Part shown: one piece after another, positions 47,564 to 56,430 of the stretch
Position numbering within the stretch: the first letter of the stretch is position 1
Layout: each line of letters opens with the position of its first letter
DNA from: an uncultured Acetobacteraceae bacterium
GTDB lineage: Bacteria; Acidobacteriota; Terriglobia; Terriglobales; Acidobacteriaceae
Assembly (NCBI GenBank): GCA_964658655.1
Contig: CAZZZL010000011.1
Location: forward strand, 15,774 to 79,773
Reading direction: 5' to 3'
DNA length: 64,000 nt
Position numbers and translations under genes: made by a program
The notes under the pieces: generated by a model
Databases searched by the model: none
What the model was told of the DNA's origin: nothing
What the model saw: the letters and a program-made list of their open reading frames with translations, nothing else

Positions 47564-48454
47564 ATGGAAGATCTGGCCGAGCGTGCCATCGCTGCAACCG
47601 TAGAGGTGGCTGCGCGATATGGCCTTGAGGGCCTGTCTCCACAGCTGCTTAAAGACGGAAGTAACGCCATGATCCACCTGGCGCCGGCACCCGTCGTCGC
47701 CCGCGTACCATCGACCAGCGCCTGGCTGCGTCAGCCATCGGAGAAATGGCTGAAACGCGATCTCGACCTGGCAACCTGGCTCTCTGCGCAGGGAGCCGCT
47801 GTCGTCCCGCCGTCCCGGGAGCTGCCACCGGGCCCGCATCTCTCTTCTAAAGCAACGGGATCGATGGCGATGACATTTTGGACTTTTGTCGAGGACGATC
47901 GCACCCAGCCGGCGTCCGATGAAGAGGCCGCTGTCGCGCTGGGTGAACTGCATGCTGCCATGCGCAGCTATCCGGGTGATCTGCCTTTCCTTGGCCCGCT
48001 GCTGGAAGAGTTGCCGCACTGGCTGCACTGGCTCGCACAGCATCACGCCGTTTCGGGCGCGGATCTGATCGCCCTGCGCCAGGCGCATTGGTCGCTCGCG
48101 CCGGCTCTCCAGCACGGAGATACGCGGATTCAGCCCTTGCATGGCGACGCCCATGCCGGCAACCTGCTGCGCACCCGCGATGGTCTTTTGTGGACGGATT
48201 TTGAAGATGCCTGCACCGGCCCCGTTGCATGGGATGTAGCCATCCTGCTGTCGCGAACGCCATCAGCTGGCGACGAGGTACTGCAAAGCTACCCATGTGC
48301 GCCGTCTTGGGATGAACTCGCGCCGTTCGTCCGGGCGCGCGCACTGGAAGCTGTCGTCTACCAGCAGGTGCTGGCCGTCCGCTTTCCCCATCGCGCAGGA
48401 GAAATGGCGCAGGCCATGGCTGCATGGCATCGTACCTGGGAAAGCGTTGGCTGA
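47564..48454 (+). CDS. aminoglycoside/choline-kinase-type phosphotransferase (APH family)
   Basis: The track start is TTG 47525. ATG 47564 gives MEDLAERAI. Catalytic block LHGDAHAGNLLRTRDGLLWTDFEDACTGPVAWDVA. Confidence 0.75.
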   Translation: MEDLAERAIAATVEVAARYGLEGLSPQLLKDGSNAMIHLAPAPVVARVPSTSAWLRQPSEKWLKRDLDLATWLSAQGAAVVPPSRELPPGPHLSSKATGSMAMTFWTFVEDDRTQPASDEEAAVALGELHAAMRSYPGDLPFLGPLLEELPHWLHWLAQHHAVSGADLIALRQAHWSLAPALQHGDTRIQPLHGDAHAGNLLRTRDGLLWTDFEDACTGPVAWDVAILLSRTPSAGDEVLQSYPCAPSWDELAPFVRARALEAVVYQQVLAVRFPHRAGEMAQAMAAWHRTWESVG

Positions 48455-48586
48455 ATTTTTAAATTTGTTACTGGCCTGCCGTCATTCCCGGATTGCCACC
48501 AGGAATCATGCCTGGTTCCAACCTGGGATCGCACCCGATTTTGCACCGCACCAGGGGCAGCAATCCACAAGCATCAGCGGTATGCT

Positions 48587-49558
48587 GTGAAGATGATGCG
48601 CATGACAGTTCTGGCTTCAGGCTCCAAGGGGAACAGCACCCTTGTCTCGAGCAGCCGAACCAAGATACTGGTCGACGCGGGTCTCTCCTGCCGCGAACTG
48701 CTCAAACGTATGCAGGTCGCCGGCGAAGATCCGTCCACTGTCGATGCCATCCTGATCACTCATGAGCATCAGGACCACATCCAGGGCGTTGCTGTGCTGG
48801 CGCGCAAGCTGGGAATCCCTGTCTATTTCACTGAGGCTACGCATCGCGCCTGGACCCGCTGGATGACCCCGCAGAAGCGTGTGACCTACGCTGAATGGCT
48901 GGAGCAACGCAGGCGCGAAGCTGCCGAGCGGCAGGCGGAAGATGCAGATGCGCTTGCAGACCATCTTTCACCCGCGGCCGGTGCCGATCTCTGTGACGAT
49001 ACTGATTCAGCCGGTGACGCGGCCCACGGAACCGCCGCGGCCAGAAATCCCGCAGCACTGCCGTCTGTCCAGTTTTTCGCCGCCGGCCGGGACTTTTCCA
49101 TTGGCGATATCGCCGTCACACCGTTCACCATTCCGCATGATGCCGCTGACCCCGTAGGGTTTGTGTTTGCCGCGGAAGGCGTCAGGATTGGCATCGCGAC
49201 TGACCTCGGCTACATGCCGCCGAATGCGAAACTGGCGCTGCGCGGATGCGATGTACTGATGCTCGAATCGAACCACGACCTGGAAATGTTGCGCGATGGT
49301 CCATATCCCTGGTCCGTCAAGCAGAGAGTGATGTCGCGGGTGGGGCATCTCTCCAACAATGCAGCTGCTGAATTCCTTGAAAAGAACTATGACGGCACAG
49401 CCGCCTACGTTGTACTTGCGCACTTGTCCCAAAGTAACAATCTGCCTGAACTCGCCCGGTTGGCGGCAGAACGTGCACTTTGTGACCGGATGAGCCTGCT
49501 GGCAAACAAATTGCTCCTTGCGGAACAGCATCGGCCACTCGAACCTATCTTGTTGTGA
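48587..49558 (+). CDS. MBL-fold metallo-hydrolase (YycJ/PhnP-like) with an internal acidic insertion
   Basis: VLASGSKGNSTLV, ILITHEHQDHIQG (HxHxDH), HDAADP, GHLSN. An Ala/Asp-rich insert of about 70 aa is encoded at about 48850-49080. The start is uncertain (GTG 48587 or ATG 48602). Confidence 0.8.
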   Translation: MKMMRMTVLASGSKGNSTLVSSSRTKILVDAGLSCRELLKRMQVAGEDPSTVDAILITHEHQDHIQGVAVLARKLGIPVYFTEATHRAWTRWMTPQKRVTYAEWLEQRRREAAERQAEDADALADHLSPAAGADLCDDTDSAGDAAHGTAAARNPAALPSVQFFAAGRDFSIGDIAVTPFTIPHDAADPVGFVFAAEGVRIGIATDLGYMPPNAKLALRGCDVLMLESNHDLEMLRDGPYPWSVKQRVMSRVGHLSNNAAAEFLEKNYDGTAAYVVLAHLSQSNNLPELARLAAERALCDRMSLLANKLLLAEQHRPLEPILL

Positions 49559-49670
49559 TGGTTGGGGTTGGATACCTTATGCACAATTTGTGTTGCAAAA
49601 AACAGGTGTTTTTAGGAGAATCCGGCTGGCGGCTAGAGCATCCTATTGTTACGATAGAGTTACGCGGGTG

Positions 49671-50144
49671 ATGCGAGTGCAAACGACAACAAAAAATACA
49701 AATTGCACAGACCAGGTTGTGGGCGATATCTTGTCCAGCTGGCGCTATGACATTTCCGGGATTTCGCGGAGCATGCGTGGCGACTATGAAATGCACCTGT
49801 CCAGTTGCCCCCACTGCCTTTCCCGGCAGCGGCTTCATCGGACCATCGATGTCGTTCTGATTGGCTTGAGCACAATTTCGACGGCGGCCTTTCTACTGGC
49901 CCTCGCGATTATCCACCGAGTCGAATTCCTGCAGAAGTGGGCTCTGATGAATTTCCACCTCTGGCAGCGCGACATCGTGCTGACAATGCAGGCGGCAGCA
50001 GTAGCAGGGCTCCTGGTTTCGCTCATGACTTGGATTCTGGTTGCAATTGCGACTCCCGCTCCTGTCTACCTTACTGATATGGCGTTGTCCTCAGCGCGCG
50101 GGTATCAGGATGGTCACACCAAGCGTTCGCGTAAGGCTGCCTAG
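49671..50144 (+). CDS. putative zf-HC2 anti-sigma-factor-like membrane protein
   Basis: The track ORF starts at 49518 inside the MBL gene. ATG 49671 follows an AT-rich spacer. HLSSCPHC (H-x3-C-x2-C) at 49794-49817. Three predicted TM helices follow. Confidence 0.5.
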   Translation: MRVQTTTKNTNCTDQVVGDILSSWRYDISGISRSMRGDYEMHLSSCPHCLSRQRLHRTIDVVLIGLSTISTAAFLLALAIIHRVEFLQKWALMNFHLWQRDIVLTMQAAAVAGLLVSLMTWILVAIATPAPVYLTDMALSSARGYQDGHTKRSRKAA

Positions 50145-50189
50145 GTCAAACCGCTGCCAACAGCTGATCAGGCGAATTATCGTTCCCGA

Positions 50190-50771
50190 TTGCGGGAGTA
50201 TCTAGCCCAGAACGCCAATCCACCACACAAATTCGGCCACCAGCCTCGGCTATACCGACTAGCCGCCCTGATAGGATCGGGCACCGTCTTTGACGACGAC
50301 GTCGTTTACGCTGCAGCGTGGCTACATGATCTTGGCGTCTTTATCGGCCACCGGCCGGACGATCCTGGTCTGCTGCGAAGCTGGGACCATGTCGTCTACA
50401 CAACAGGTAAAGCGCCGGAACTGCTCACCTCGATGGGATTTCCAGCAGGAAAGATACCGGCTGTGCTGGATGTCATCCGCACCCATCAGCCCCACGATGA
50501 TCCGCAGACGATCGAGGGTGTGCTGGTGCGCGACGCCGATATCCTGGAGCAGCTGGGAGCTATCGGCATTCTGAGAACGGCCTCCAAGCTGGGCAGTGAT
50601 GACCGCTTCCGGCTTTTTGCAGACGCTGAGAAATCGCTCAGGCGCGCACTGGCAGAACTTCCGGGCAGCATTCGGCTGGATGCGACGCGCCGGCTGGCCC
50701 AGCCTAGGATCGCCGCGCTGGAGGCATTCCTGGCCGCGCTCGAAAACGAGGCGCAGGGCGAACTCGGCTGA
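50190..50771 (+). CDS. HD-domain metal-dependent phosphohydrolase
   Basis: AAWLHDLGVF (HD dyad), VIRTHQPHDDP, VRDADILEQLGAIG. TTG start; there is no nearby ATG. Confidence 0.7.
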   Translation: MREYLAQNANPPHKFGHQPRLYRLAALIGSGTVFDDDVVYAAAWLHDLGVFIGHRPDDPGLLRSWDHVVYTTGKAPELLTSMGFPAGKIPAVLDVIRTHQPHDDPQTIEGVLVRDADILEQLGAIGILRTASKLGSDDRFRLFADAEKSLRRALAELPGSIRLDATRRLAQPRIAALEAFLAALENEAQGELG

Positions 50772-50801
50772 ACCATTCAGCTCGCCATCATTCGAAACTT
50801 C

Positions 50802-51716
50802 CTACGGTTGCGCTGTCTGCATGGCACCGGTCAGCTGGTGCACCGCGCTGACGTGCTCATGCGCGCACCAGGATTCCAGTCCCTTCGCGATCCGTTCAGT
50901 CGCCCGCGGATCGGCATAGCTGGCGGTGCCGATCTGCACAGCGGTCGCGCCGGCCAGCATAAATTCAACTGCATCTTCTGCCCGCATGATGCCGCCCATG
51001 CCAAGAATCGGAATCGAAACAGAGCGCCACGCCTCGTAGACCATTCTTACCGCGATCGGGCGAATAGCCGGCCCGGACAGGCCGGCGGTGATGTTCGCGA
51101 TATGTGGTCTCCGCGTCTTGATATCAATCGACAGCGACAGGAACGTGTTGACCAGTGAGAGTGCGCTGGCCCCGGCGTCCTGTGCAATGCGCGCCATACT
51201 GCTGATCGACGTCACATTAGGCGACAGTTTCACGATCAGCGGTCGTTTCGCAATCGCTGCCGCTTCTGATACAAGCTGGCGCAGCAGGTAACCGTCTGTG
51301 CCGAAAACCTGTCCGCCATGATGCGTGTTGGGACACGAAGCGTTCAATTCATACCCCATGATTCCCGGCGCGCCATTCAATGCGTCGATCACCGCAACGT
51401 AGTCCTCGATAGTGAATCCGAAGACATTCACAATGCAGGCGGTTCCGGGATAGATCGCCAGCCGTGGCAGCTTGTCCTTCAGGAATGCGGTGACGCCAAT
51501 GTTCTGCAGACCGATGGCGTTCATCATGCCGGACGAAGTTTCAATGATGCGCGGCGCGGCATTGCCCGCCATAGGCTCCCGGGAGATTCCCTTGGTGACG
51601 AAGCCGCCGATCTTCTCCAGATTCACAATGTCGTCGAATTCGATGCCATAACCAAAAGTGCCACTGGCGGCGACAATTGGATTTCGTAGCTCGAAGCCGC
51701 AGAATGGGACCCGCAT
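50802..51716 (-). CDS. pyrD: dihydroorotate dehydrogenase, class 1
   Basis: The track start 51728 is TTG. ATG 51716 gives MRVPFCGFELRNPIVAASGTFGYG. Also GGFVTKGIS, NAIGLQNIG, ELNASCPN, VKLSPNV, GLSGPAIRPIA, GMGGI. Confidence 0.9.
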   Translation of the reverse strand: MRVPFCGFELRNPIVAASGTFGYGIEFDDIVNLEKIGGFVTKGISREPMAGNAAPRIIETSSGMMNAIGLQNIGVTAFLKDKLPRLAIYPGTACIVNVFGFTIEDYVAVIDALNGAPGIMGYELNASCPNTHHGGQVFGTDGYLLRQLVSEAAAIAKRPLIVKLSPNVTSISSMARIAQDAGASALSLVNTFLSLSIDIKTRRPHIANITAGLSGPAIRPIAVRMVYEAWRSVSIPILGMGGIMRAEDAVEFMLAGATAVQIGTASYADPRATERIAKGLESWCAHEHVSAVHQLTGAMQTAQP

Positions 51717-51724
51717 GTCTGTCT

Positions 51725-53653
51725 TCAAGGCTTGGGCTCGGGCGATTCGACAACTGGAGCGTCTGGTGTTGACGTTGCATCCGGCGCACTCTTGCCCGCG
51801 CGCGGATGGCGTCCGGCACGCGGTAGCGGCGCCACGGGTATCGGCCGGACCGCTTGCGTCAGTACGTGGCCGACTGCTGCCGACGGCTGGTTGACGCCAA
51901 GCAGGGAAGCCAGGGTTGCGGCAAGGTCCACCGGCTCCACGCGACCATGGTAGGTGCCCGGGTTGAAGGGCGCGCCAAAGAACGCCAGGGGCACATGGCG
52001 ATCGTAGGAATACGGGGTGTAGTGATTAGTGCCGCCGCCATTGCCGTAGTGCTCGATCTCGTAGGCCTCCGGGATCACCATCACATACCAGCCGCCATTC
52101 GGGCTGTAGCTTTGCGCCATCAGCGTGCCGAACTCGCTCGGCGGCAGCTGGCCGGCAGCCAGCTCCAGCCGCGTGAACACATGCATGGCAAAGGGCTTGG
52201 GCGCATAGCGGGTTGGCGGCGCTGGCGGAGGTTCGACCGGCTCCGCTGGCGCCGACGACTCCGCCTTGACGGCCGGCTTCACTGGTGCAGACCGGGTCGG
52301 CCTCGGCTTCGTCTTGGATGTCTTCACCGGCACCGCTGCCTCGGGAGCTGCCGCCGTCTCCTTGTACGGGACAGGCGTCAGCACAGCCGTGGGGACCGGG
52401 CTGATAGCTTCGAATGCAGGTTCAACCGCGTTCTGTACAGCCTGCTCTGCCTCGAGCTCGTTGATACCGGCGACCTGGAAAGAGGGGATATTCAATGAGA
52501 GGTAGGGCAGTCCCTGCTTTGGAAGGATGTAGACGACCTTCTCTCCCGGCGAGAACTTGGCGTTCATCGCCTCATTGAGGTTGGCCGTCAGCTTGGCCAT
52601 ATCGATTTCCGCTGCCGGCATGCCGAGAGTCGCAGCCTGCGCGGGAACCGGGGCGATCCCGTGATCTGCCGAGAGCGCAATCCAGACATTCCCCAGGCCG
52701 CCGTCGATATTCTTCTCGAGCCAGGTGAAGAAGCTGTCAAGCTGCGTGTCCAGGGTATCGACCATTATCCGCTGTTCCGGTGAATCCGGGCCGAAAGTGT
52801 GGCCGGAGATGTCCGGACCCGAGATACTGATTGTCACCATGTCAGTCGTTGCGTGCTTGCCCAGCTGTTCATTGGCGATGAGCGCCTTCGCAAAGTCGAG
52901 TTCGTACGAGTTAGCCGCCGGCGTTTTGCCGACAGACTCGTAGAAATCGCCCTGCTTCGTCACGCCGGCTTCCTGCATGGCCTCTTCCGCACGGTCGCTG
53001 CCATTGAAGGCAACGGCCCATTTGGGCAGCTCGTTCATGTAGAACGACGAGGTGATGAAGCTTCCCGATTTGCCGTCGATCCAGAACGCTCCATTGGCAG
53101 CAGCGCCGGCGGGCAGGATCGACGCCCTGTCCTTGAGCGAGACGCCATATACGAGGGAATGACCGTTGGTGGCCATGCGCAGTTCGTCACCTACCGTCGA
53201 AGCGCGCAGGTTGCGCGGTGACGACCCGGTGGTGGTGCCGCTCGCATTTACCAGGCCCACCAGGTGATACCGTTCATCCTCGACCGAGGTAACGGCGTGG
53301 TCTTTGTTGCGGGCCAGGTCCCACCATTCGTTTGAATTGATGCCATGGCCGTCTGTATACGCGCCCGTCCCGATGGTTGAATGCCCCGGCGCTGTCTTCG
53401 TGTTTGCGTAGTTGTAATAGCAGTCGGGAAAATAGGCACCGTGGTCCAGGAACAGCTTGAAACCGCGGCCTTTCAGGTCATCGCGATACCGCTCCAGGTA
53501 GTCTTCACGAAACTGGTCAATCACCAGGATGATAACCAGCTTCGGCTTGCCATCATAGGCGCTGGCCGAGGCCACCGGAGTGACGGGCAGACTGATCAGG
53601 AAGACCTGCGTGACGACCAGGGCGAGGGAGAAGAAGCGCTTCAGTTTCGACAT
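51725..53653 (-). CDS. secreted alkaline-phosphatase-superfamily protein (nucleotide pyrophosphatase/phosphodiesterase type)
   Basis: ATG 53653 gives the signal peptide MSKLKRFFSLALVVTQVFLISLPV. VIILVIDQFREDY, TKTAPGHSTIGTGAYTDGHG (nucleophile Thr block), SADHG. It has a Pro/Ala-rich insert and tail. Confidence 0.8.
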   Translation of the reverse strand: MSKLKRFFSLALVVTQVFLISLPVTPVASASAYDGKPKLVIILVIDQFREDYLERYRDDLKGRGFKLFLDHGAYFPDCYYNYANTKTAPGHSTIGTGAYTDGHGINSNEWWDLARNKDHAVTSVEDERYHLVGLVNASGTTTGSSPRNLRASTVGDELRMATNGHSLVYGVSLKDRASILPAGAAANGAFWIDGKSGSFITSSFYMNELPKWAVAFNGSDRAEEAMQEAGVTKQGDFYESVGKTPAANSYELDFAKALIANEQLGKHATTDMVTISISGPDISGHTFGPDSPEQRIMVDTLDTQLDSFFTWLEKNIDGGLGNVWIALSADHGIAPVPAQAATLGMPAAEIDMAKLTANLNEAMNAKFSPGEKVVYILPKQGLPYLSLNIPSFQVAGINELEAEQAVQNAVEPAFEAISPVPTAVLTPVPYKETAAAPEAAVPVKTSKTKPRPTRSAPVKPAVKAESSAPAEPVEPPPAPPTRYAPKPFAMHVFTRLELAAGQLPPSEFGTLMAQSYSPNGGWYVMVIPEAYEIEHYGNGGGTNHYTPYSYDRHVPLAFFGAPFNPGTYHGRVEPVDLAATLASLLGVNQPSAAVGHVLTQAVRPIPVAPLPRAGRHPRAGKSAPDATSTPDAPVVESPEPKP

Positions 53654-53748
53654 GCCAGCATCAGTATCGCAAATCGATTGCAGGGGTGGGAATCTTTTGG
53701 CCGTCTGCCAGAGCTTCGGCAATGCTGTGATGTTCTAAAGTAGTAGAG

Positions 53749-55071
53749 ATGCTTGATCTTGCGTTCGTACGGGGCAACCTCCCCCTGGTAGAAGAGAAAT
53801 TGCGTGCCCGCGGCATGGAACCGGCTGTTGTGCTGGGCGATTTTCAGGCGCTCGATACGCTGCGCCGCGAACGCATTACCGAGGCTGAACAGTTGAAGGC
53901 GCAGCGCAATGCGTTGAGTGTTGAAGTGGGCAAGCTCAAAAAGGCTGGTCAGGACGCTTCCCCGGTCATGGATCAGACCCGGGCGCTGAAAGACCAGGCA
54001 GATGAGCTCGAAAAAGCTGCTGCGGTCTCAGAAGAAACTCTGCGTACGTTGCTGGCCAGTCTTCCGAACCTCCCGGCAGACGACGTCCCAATCGGTAAGT
54101 CCGAGCATGATAACGTCATCGTCTCCACCTGGGGCGAGCCGCCAGCGTTCGACTTTACGCCAAAGCCGCATTGGGAACTCGGCGAAACACTCGGCATCCT
54201 TGACATGCAGCGTGGCGCAAAGATCAGCGGCGCACGCTTCCCGGTCTATTGGGCGCAGGGAGCGCAACTCGAGCGGGCGCTGGCCAACTTCATGATCGAT
54301 GTTCATACGACAGAGCACGGCTATGGCGAAGTAATGCCGCCGGTCGTCGTCAACAGTCGCTCGCTGTATGGGACAGGCCAGTTGCCCAAGTTTGCAGATG
54401 ATCTTTTCCGCTGCGCCGACCCTGACGGCTACACACCCGGGGTGCTGCGCGATAACGATCATTGGCTGATCCCGACGGCAGAAGTACCGGTCACTAACCT
54501 GTACCGCGATGAGATTCTCGATGACGCCGTGCTGCCCGTTTCGCTGACGGCGTACACGCCCTGCTTCCGATCCGAAGCCGGCTCCTATGGCAAAGATGTG
54601 CGCGGCATCATCCGCGTCCACCAGTTTCAGAAAGTGGAGCTGGTAAAGTTCGTTCGACCGGAAGAATCCGAGGCCGAGCACGAGCAGCTGACCGGCCACG
54701 CTGAGAGCATTCTGCAGCGATTGGAATTGCCTTATCGCAAGATGCTCCTGTGTACCGGCGATATGGGATTCAGTTCGCAAAAGACGTATGACCTGGAGGT
54801 CTGGCTGCCGGGCCAGGGACTCTACCGCGAGATTTCCTCGTGCTCGAATTTTGGAGCGTTCCAGGCCCGGCGTGCGAATATCCGCTATCGCCCCGAGGGC
54901 AAGAACAAGAGCGAGTTCCTGCATACGTTGAACGGCAGCGCACTTGCTGTCGGCCGTACGTGGCTTGCAATTCTTGAAAATTATCAGCAGGCCGACGGCA
55001 ACATTCGCGTGCCCGACGTGCTTGTACCCTACATGCGCGGCGAGACGATCATAAAATGTCGAAAGAAGTGA
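53749..55071 (+). CDS. serS: seryl-tRNA synthetase
   Basis: 440 aa. N-terminal coiled-coil arm, class II motifs (FPVYWAQGAQLERALANFM, LIPTAEVPVTNL, YTPCFRSEAGSYGKDVRGIIRVHQFQKVE, GDMGFSSQKTYDLEVW, SSCSNFGAFQARR, LNGSALAVGRT). Confidence 0.95.
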   Translation: MLDLAFVRGNLPLVEEKLRARGMEPAVVLGDFQALDTLRRERITEAEQLKAQRNALSVEVGKLKKAGQDASPVMDQTRALKDQADELEKAAAVSEETLRTLLASLPNLPADDVPIGKSEHDNVIVSTWGEPPAFDFTPKPHWELGETLGILDMQRGAKISGARFPVYWAQGAQLERALANFMIDVHTTEHGYGEVMPPVVVNSRSLYGTGQLPKFADDLFRCADPDGYTPGVLRDNDHWLIPTAEVPVTNLYRDEILDDAVLPVSLTAYTPCFRSEAGSYGKDVRGIIRVHQFQKVELVKFVRPEESEAEHEQLTGHAESILQRLELPYRKMLLCTGDMGFSSQKTYDLEVWLPGQGLYREISSCSNFGAFQARRANIRYRPEGKNKSEFLHTLNGSALAVGRTWLAILENYQQADGNIRVPDVLVPYMRGETIIKCRKK

Positions 55072-55078
55072 GGTTGCA

Positions 55079-55534
55079 TTGAGCCTGTTGAAGAAGTACC
55101 TGTTCTGGACATATGAACGCGGCAGCTTTCACTATGACGTGATGGTGACGTTGATCCTGATGTTCATTTTCATCTCGCCGCACTTCATCGATTTCGGAGA
55201 CCGTCCGGTCATGGAAGAGCATGTGCACGGCCAGGACGTGATGGTGCAGGCCAGTGCCGGCGGCGTCCTCGTCTACCAGGTAAGTGCGCAGGCCGCGAAA
55301 CAGGTGGGCGTCGCCTCCGTGGATGGACTCACGCTTCAACAGGAACTCGCCGGCACCATCGAGCCGATTGCCGGCCCCGTAGTGGTTGATCGCTACGACA
55401 CGCTGCGTGATGCCAACGGAAAGATTGAGGCATACAAAGTCTTCGCACACCGTGCGGCTGCCACCGCCTCGCCATCTGCTGAACAAATTCCCGCCAGCGG
55501 AGCGGCCAAGCCATCGGCTGTTTCCGTCCAATAA
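55079..55534 (+). CDS. hypothetical protein with one N-terminal TM helix
   Basis: TTG 55079 is 5 nt after GAGGT. HYDVMVTLILMFIFISPHFI. No family recognised. Confidence 0.45.
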   Translation: MSLLKKYLFWTYERGSFHYDVMVTLILMFIFISPHFIDFGDRPVMEEHVHGQDVMVQASAGGVLVYQVSAQAAKQVGVASVDGLTLQQELAGTIEPIAGPVVVDRYDTLRDANGKIEAYKVFAHRAAATASPSAEQIPASGAAKPSAVSVQ

Positions 55535-55537
55535 GAG

Positions 55538-56242
55538 ATGAACATGATTGACTTCCTTGGTGCACGTGCAAAATACAGTTTCGCTGCGGTCGCTTTGGCC
55601 GTTTCCGCCGCAGTAGCGTCAGCACAGAGCTGCGATTTGGATAAGACGCTCGCGCAGATGGACACCGCCTCAGCCCAGTTCAAGAGCCTGCAGGCAGACT
55701 TTGTCTGGGACCAGTACCAGGCAGTCGTACAGGAAGACGATAAACAGTCCGGCACGACATACTTTCTGAAGCAGAAGAGCACGACCACCATGGCTGCGGA
55801 CATTCAGCAGCCCGCACCGAAAAAGCTGACATTTGATGGCAGCAATTTCACCATCTATACGCCGGCCACGAATGAAGAATTGATCTACTCCGTCGCAAAA
55901 AACAAGGACATGGTCGAGGGCTTCTTAACGCTCGGCTTCGGCGGCAGCGGCACCGATCTCAAGAAGAGCTGGGATGTCACCTGCGCCGGCACGGAGATCA
56001 TCGACGGTGTCCCGACAGTGAAACTTGACCTGGTCTCGAAACAGGACAGCGTCAAAAATATGTTCAGCAAGGTCACAATCTGGATCGACCCGACGCGCGC
56101 CATCAGCCTTAAACAGGTCTTCAACCAGTCCTCCGGCGACAAACGTACCAACACCTTCACCAACATCAAGCTCAACAGCAATATCAGCAGCAGCGAGTTC
56201 AAAGTGAAGACCGCCCCCAACCCGTCCATCACCCGCAAATAG
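55538..56242 (+). CDS. LolA-like outer-membrane lipoprotein carrier/sorting family protein
   Basis: Signal peptide AAVALAVSAAVASAQS. LQADFVWDQY...GTTYFLK...KLTFDGSNFTIYTP is a LolA-fold-like pattern. This is a weak call made by eye. Confidence 0.55.
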   Translation: MNMIDFLGARAKYSFAAVALAVSAAVASAQSCDLDKTLAQMDTASAQFKSLQADFVWDQYQAVVQEDDKQSGTTYFLKQKSTTTMAADIQQPAPKKLTFDGSNFTIYTPATNEELIYSVAKNKDMVEGFLTLGFGGSGTDLKKSWDVTCAGTEIIDGVPTVKLDLVSKQDSVKNMFSKVTIWIDPTRAISLKQVFNQSSGDKRTNTFTNIKLNSNISSSEFKVKTAPNPSITRK

Positions 56243-56367
56243 GTACTGGCCGTGCGGGCGTCGGCGCCTTTGGCGCTAAAGATATGCTTCCGTTGGTCGC
56301 ATCTTTTTGCGGCTGGGTTTGCTGCGTGACGCACCGCTGATTGGCGATGCTACTGAACTCCTGATTT

Positions 56368-56392
56368 GTCATCCTGAGCGAAGCCGAAGGAT
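56368..56392. repeat. short REP-like hairpin element (GTCATCCTGAGCGAAGCCGAAGGAT)
   Basis: ATCCT/AGGAT stem around a GAGCGAAGCCGA loop. From memory, it resembles the GTCATCCTGAGCGAAGCGAAGGA-type intergenic hairpin common in Acidobacteria, Bacteroidetes and Chloroflexi genomes. It produces the spurious CHPERSRRI peptide in ORF 56307..56837. Confidence 0.35.
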
Positions 56393-56430
56393 TTGCATTC
56401 CTCCACCAGCCACGATCATCGGCAGCAGTC

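Noticed and set aside
56278-56308. Intrinsic terminator after the LolA-like gene (AAGATATGC...GCATCTTTTT, and GGCGCC-TTT-GGCGC just upstream)
   Set aside because: The stems are 4-5 bp, AT-rich or bulged, and the GC stem lacks a T-run. This is too weak to annotate.
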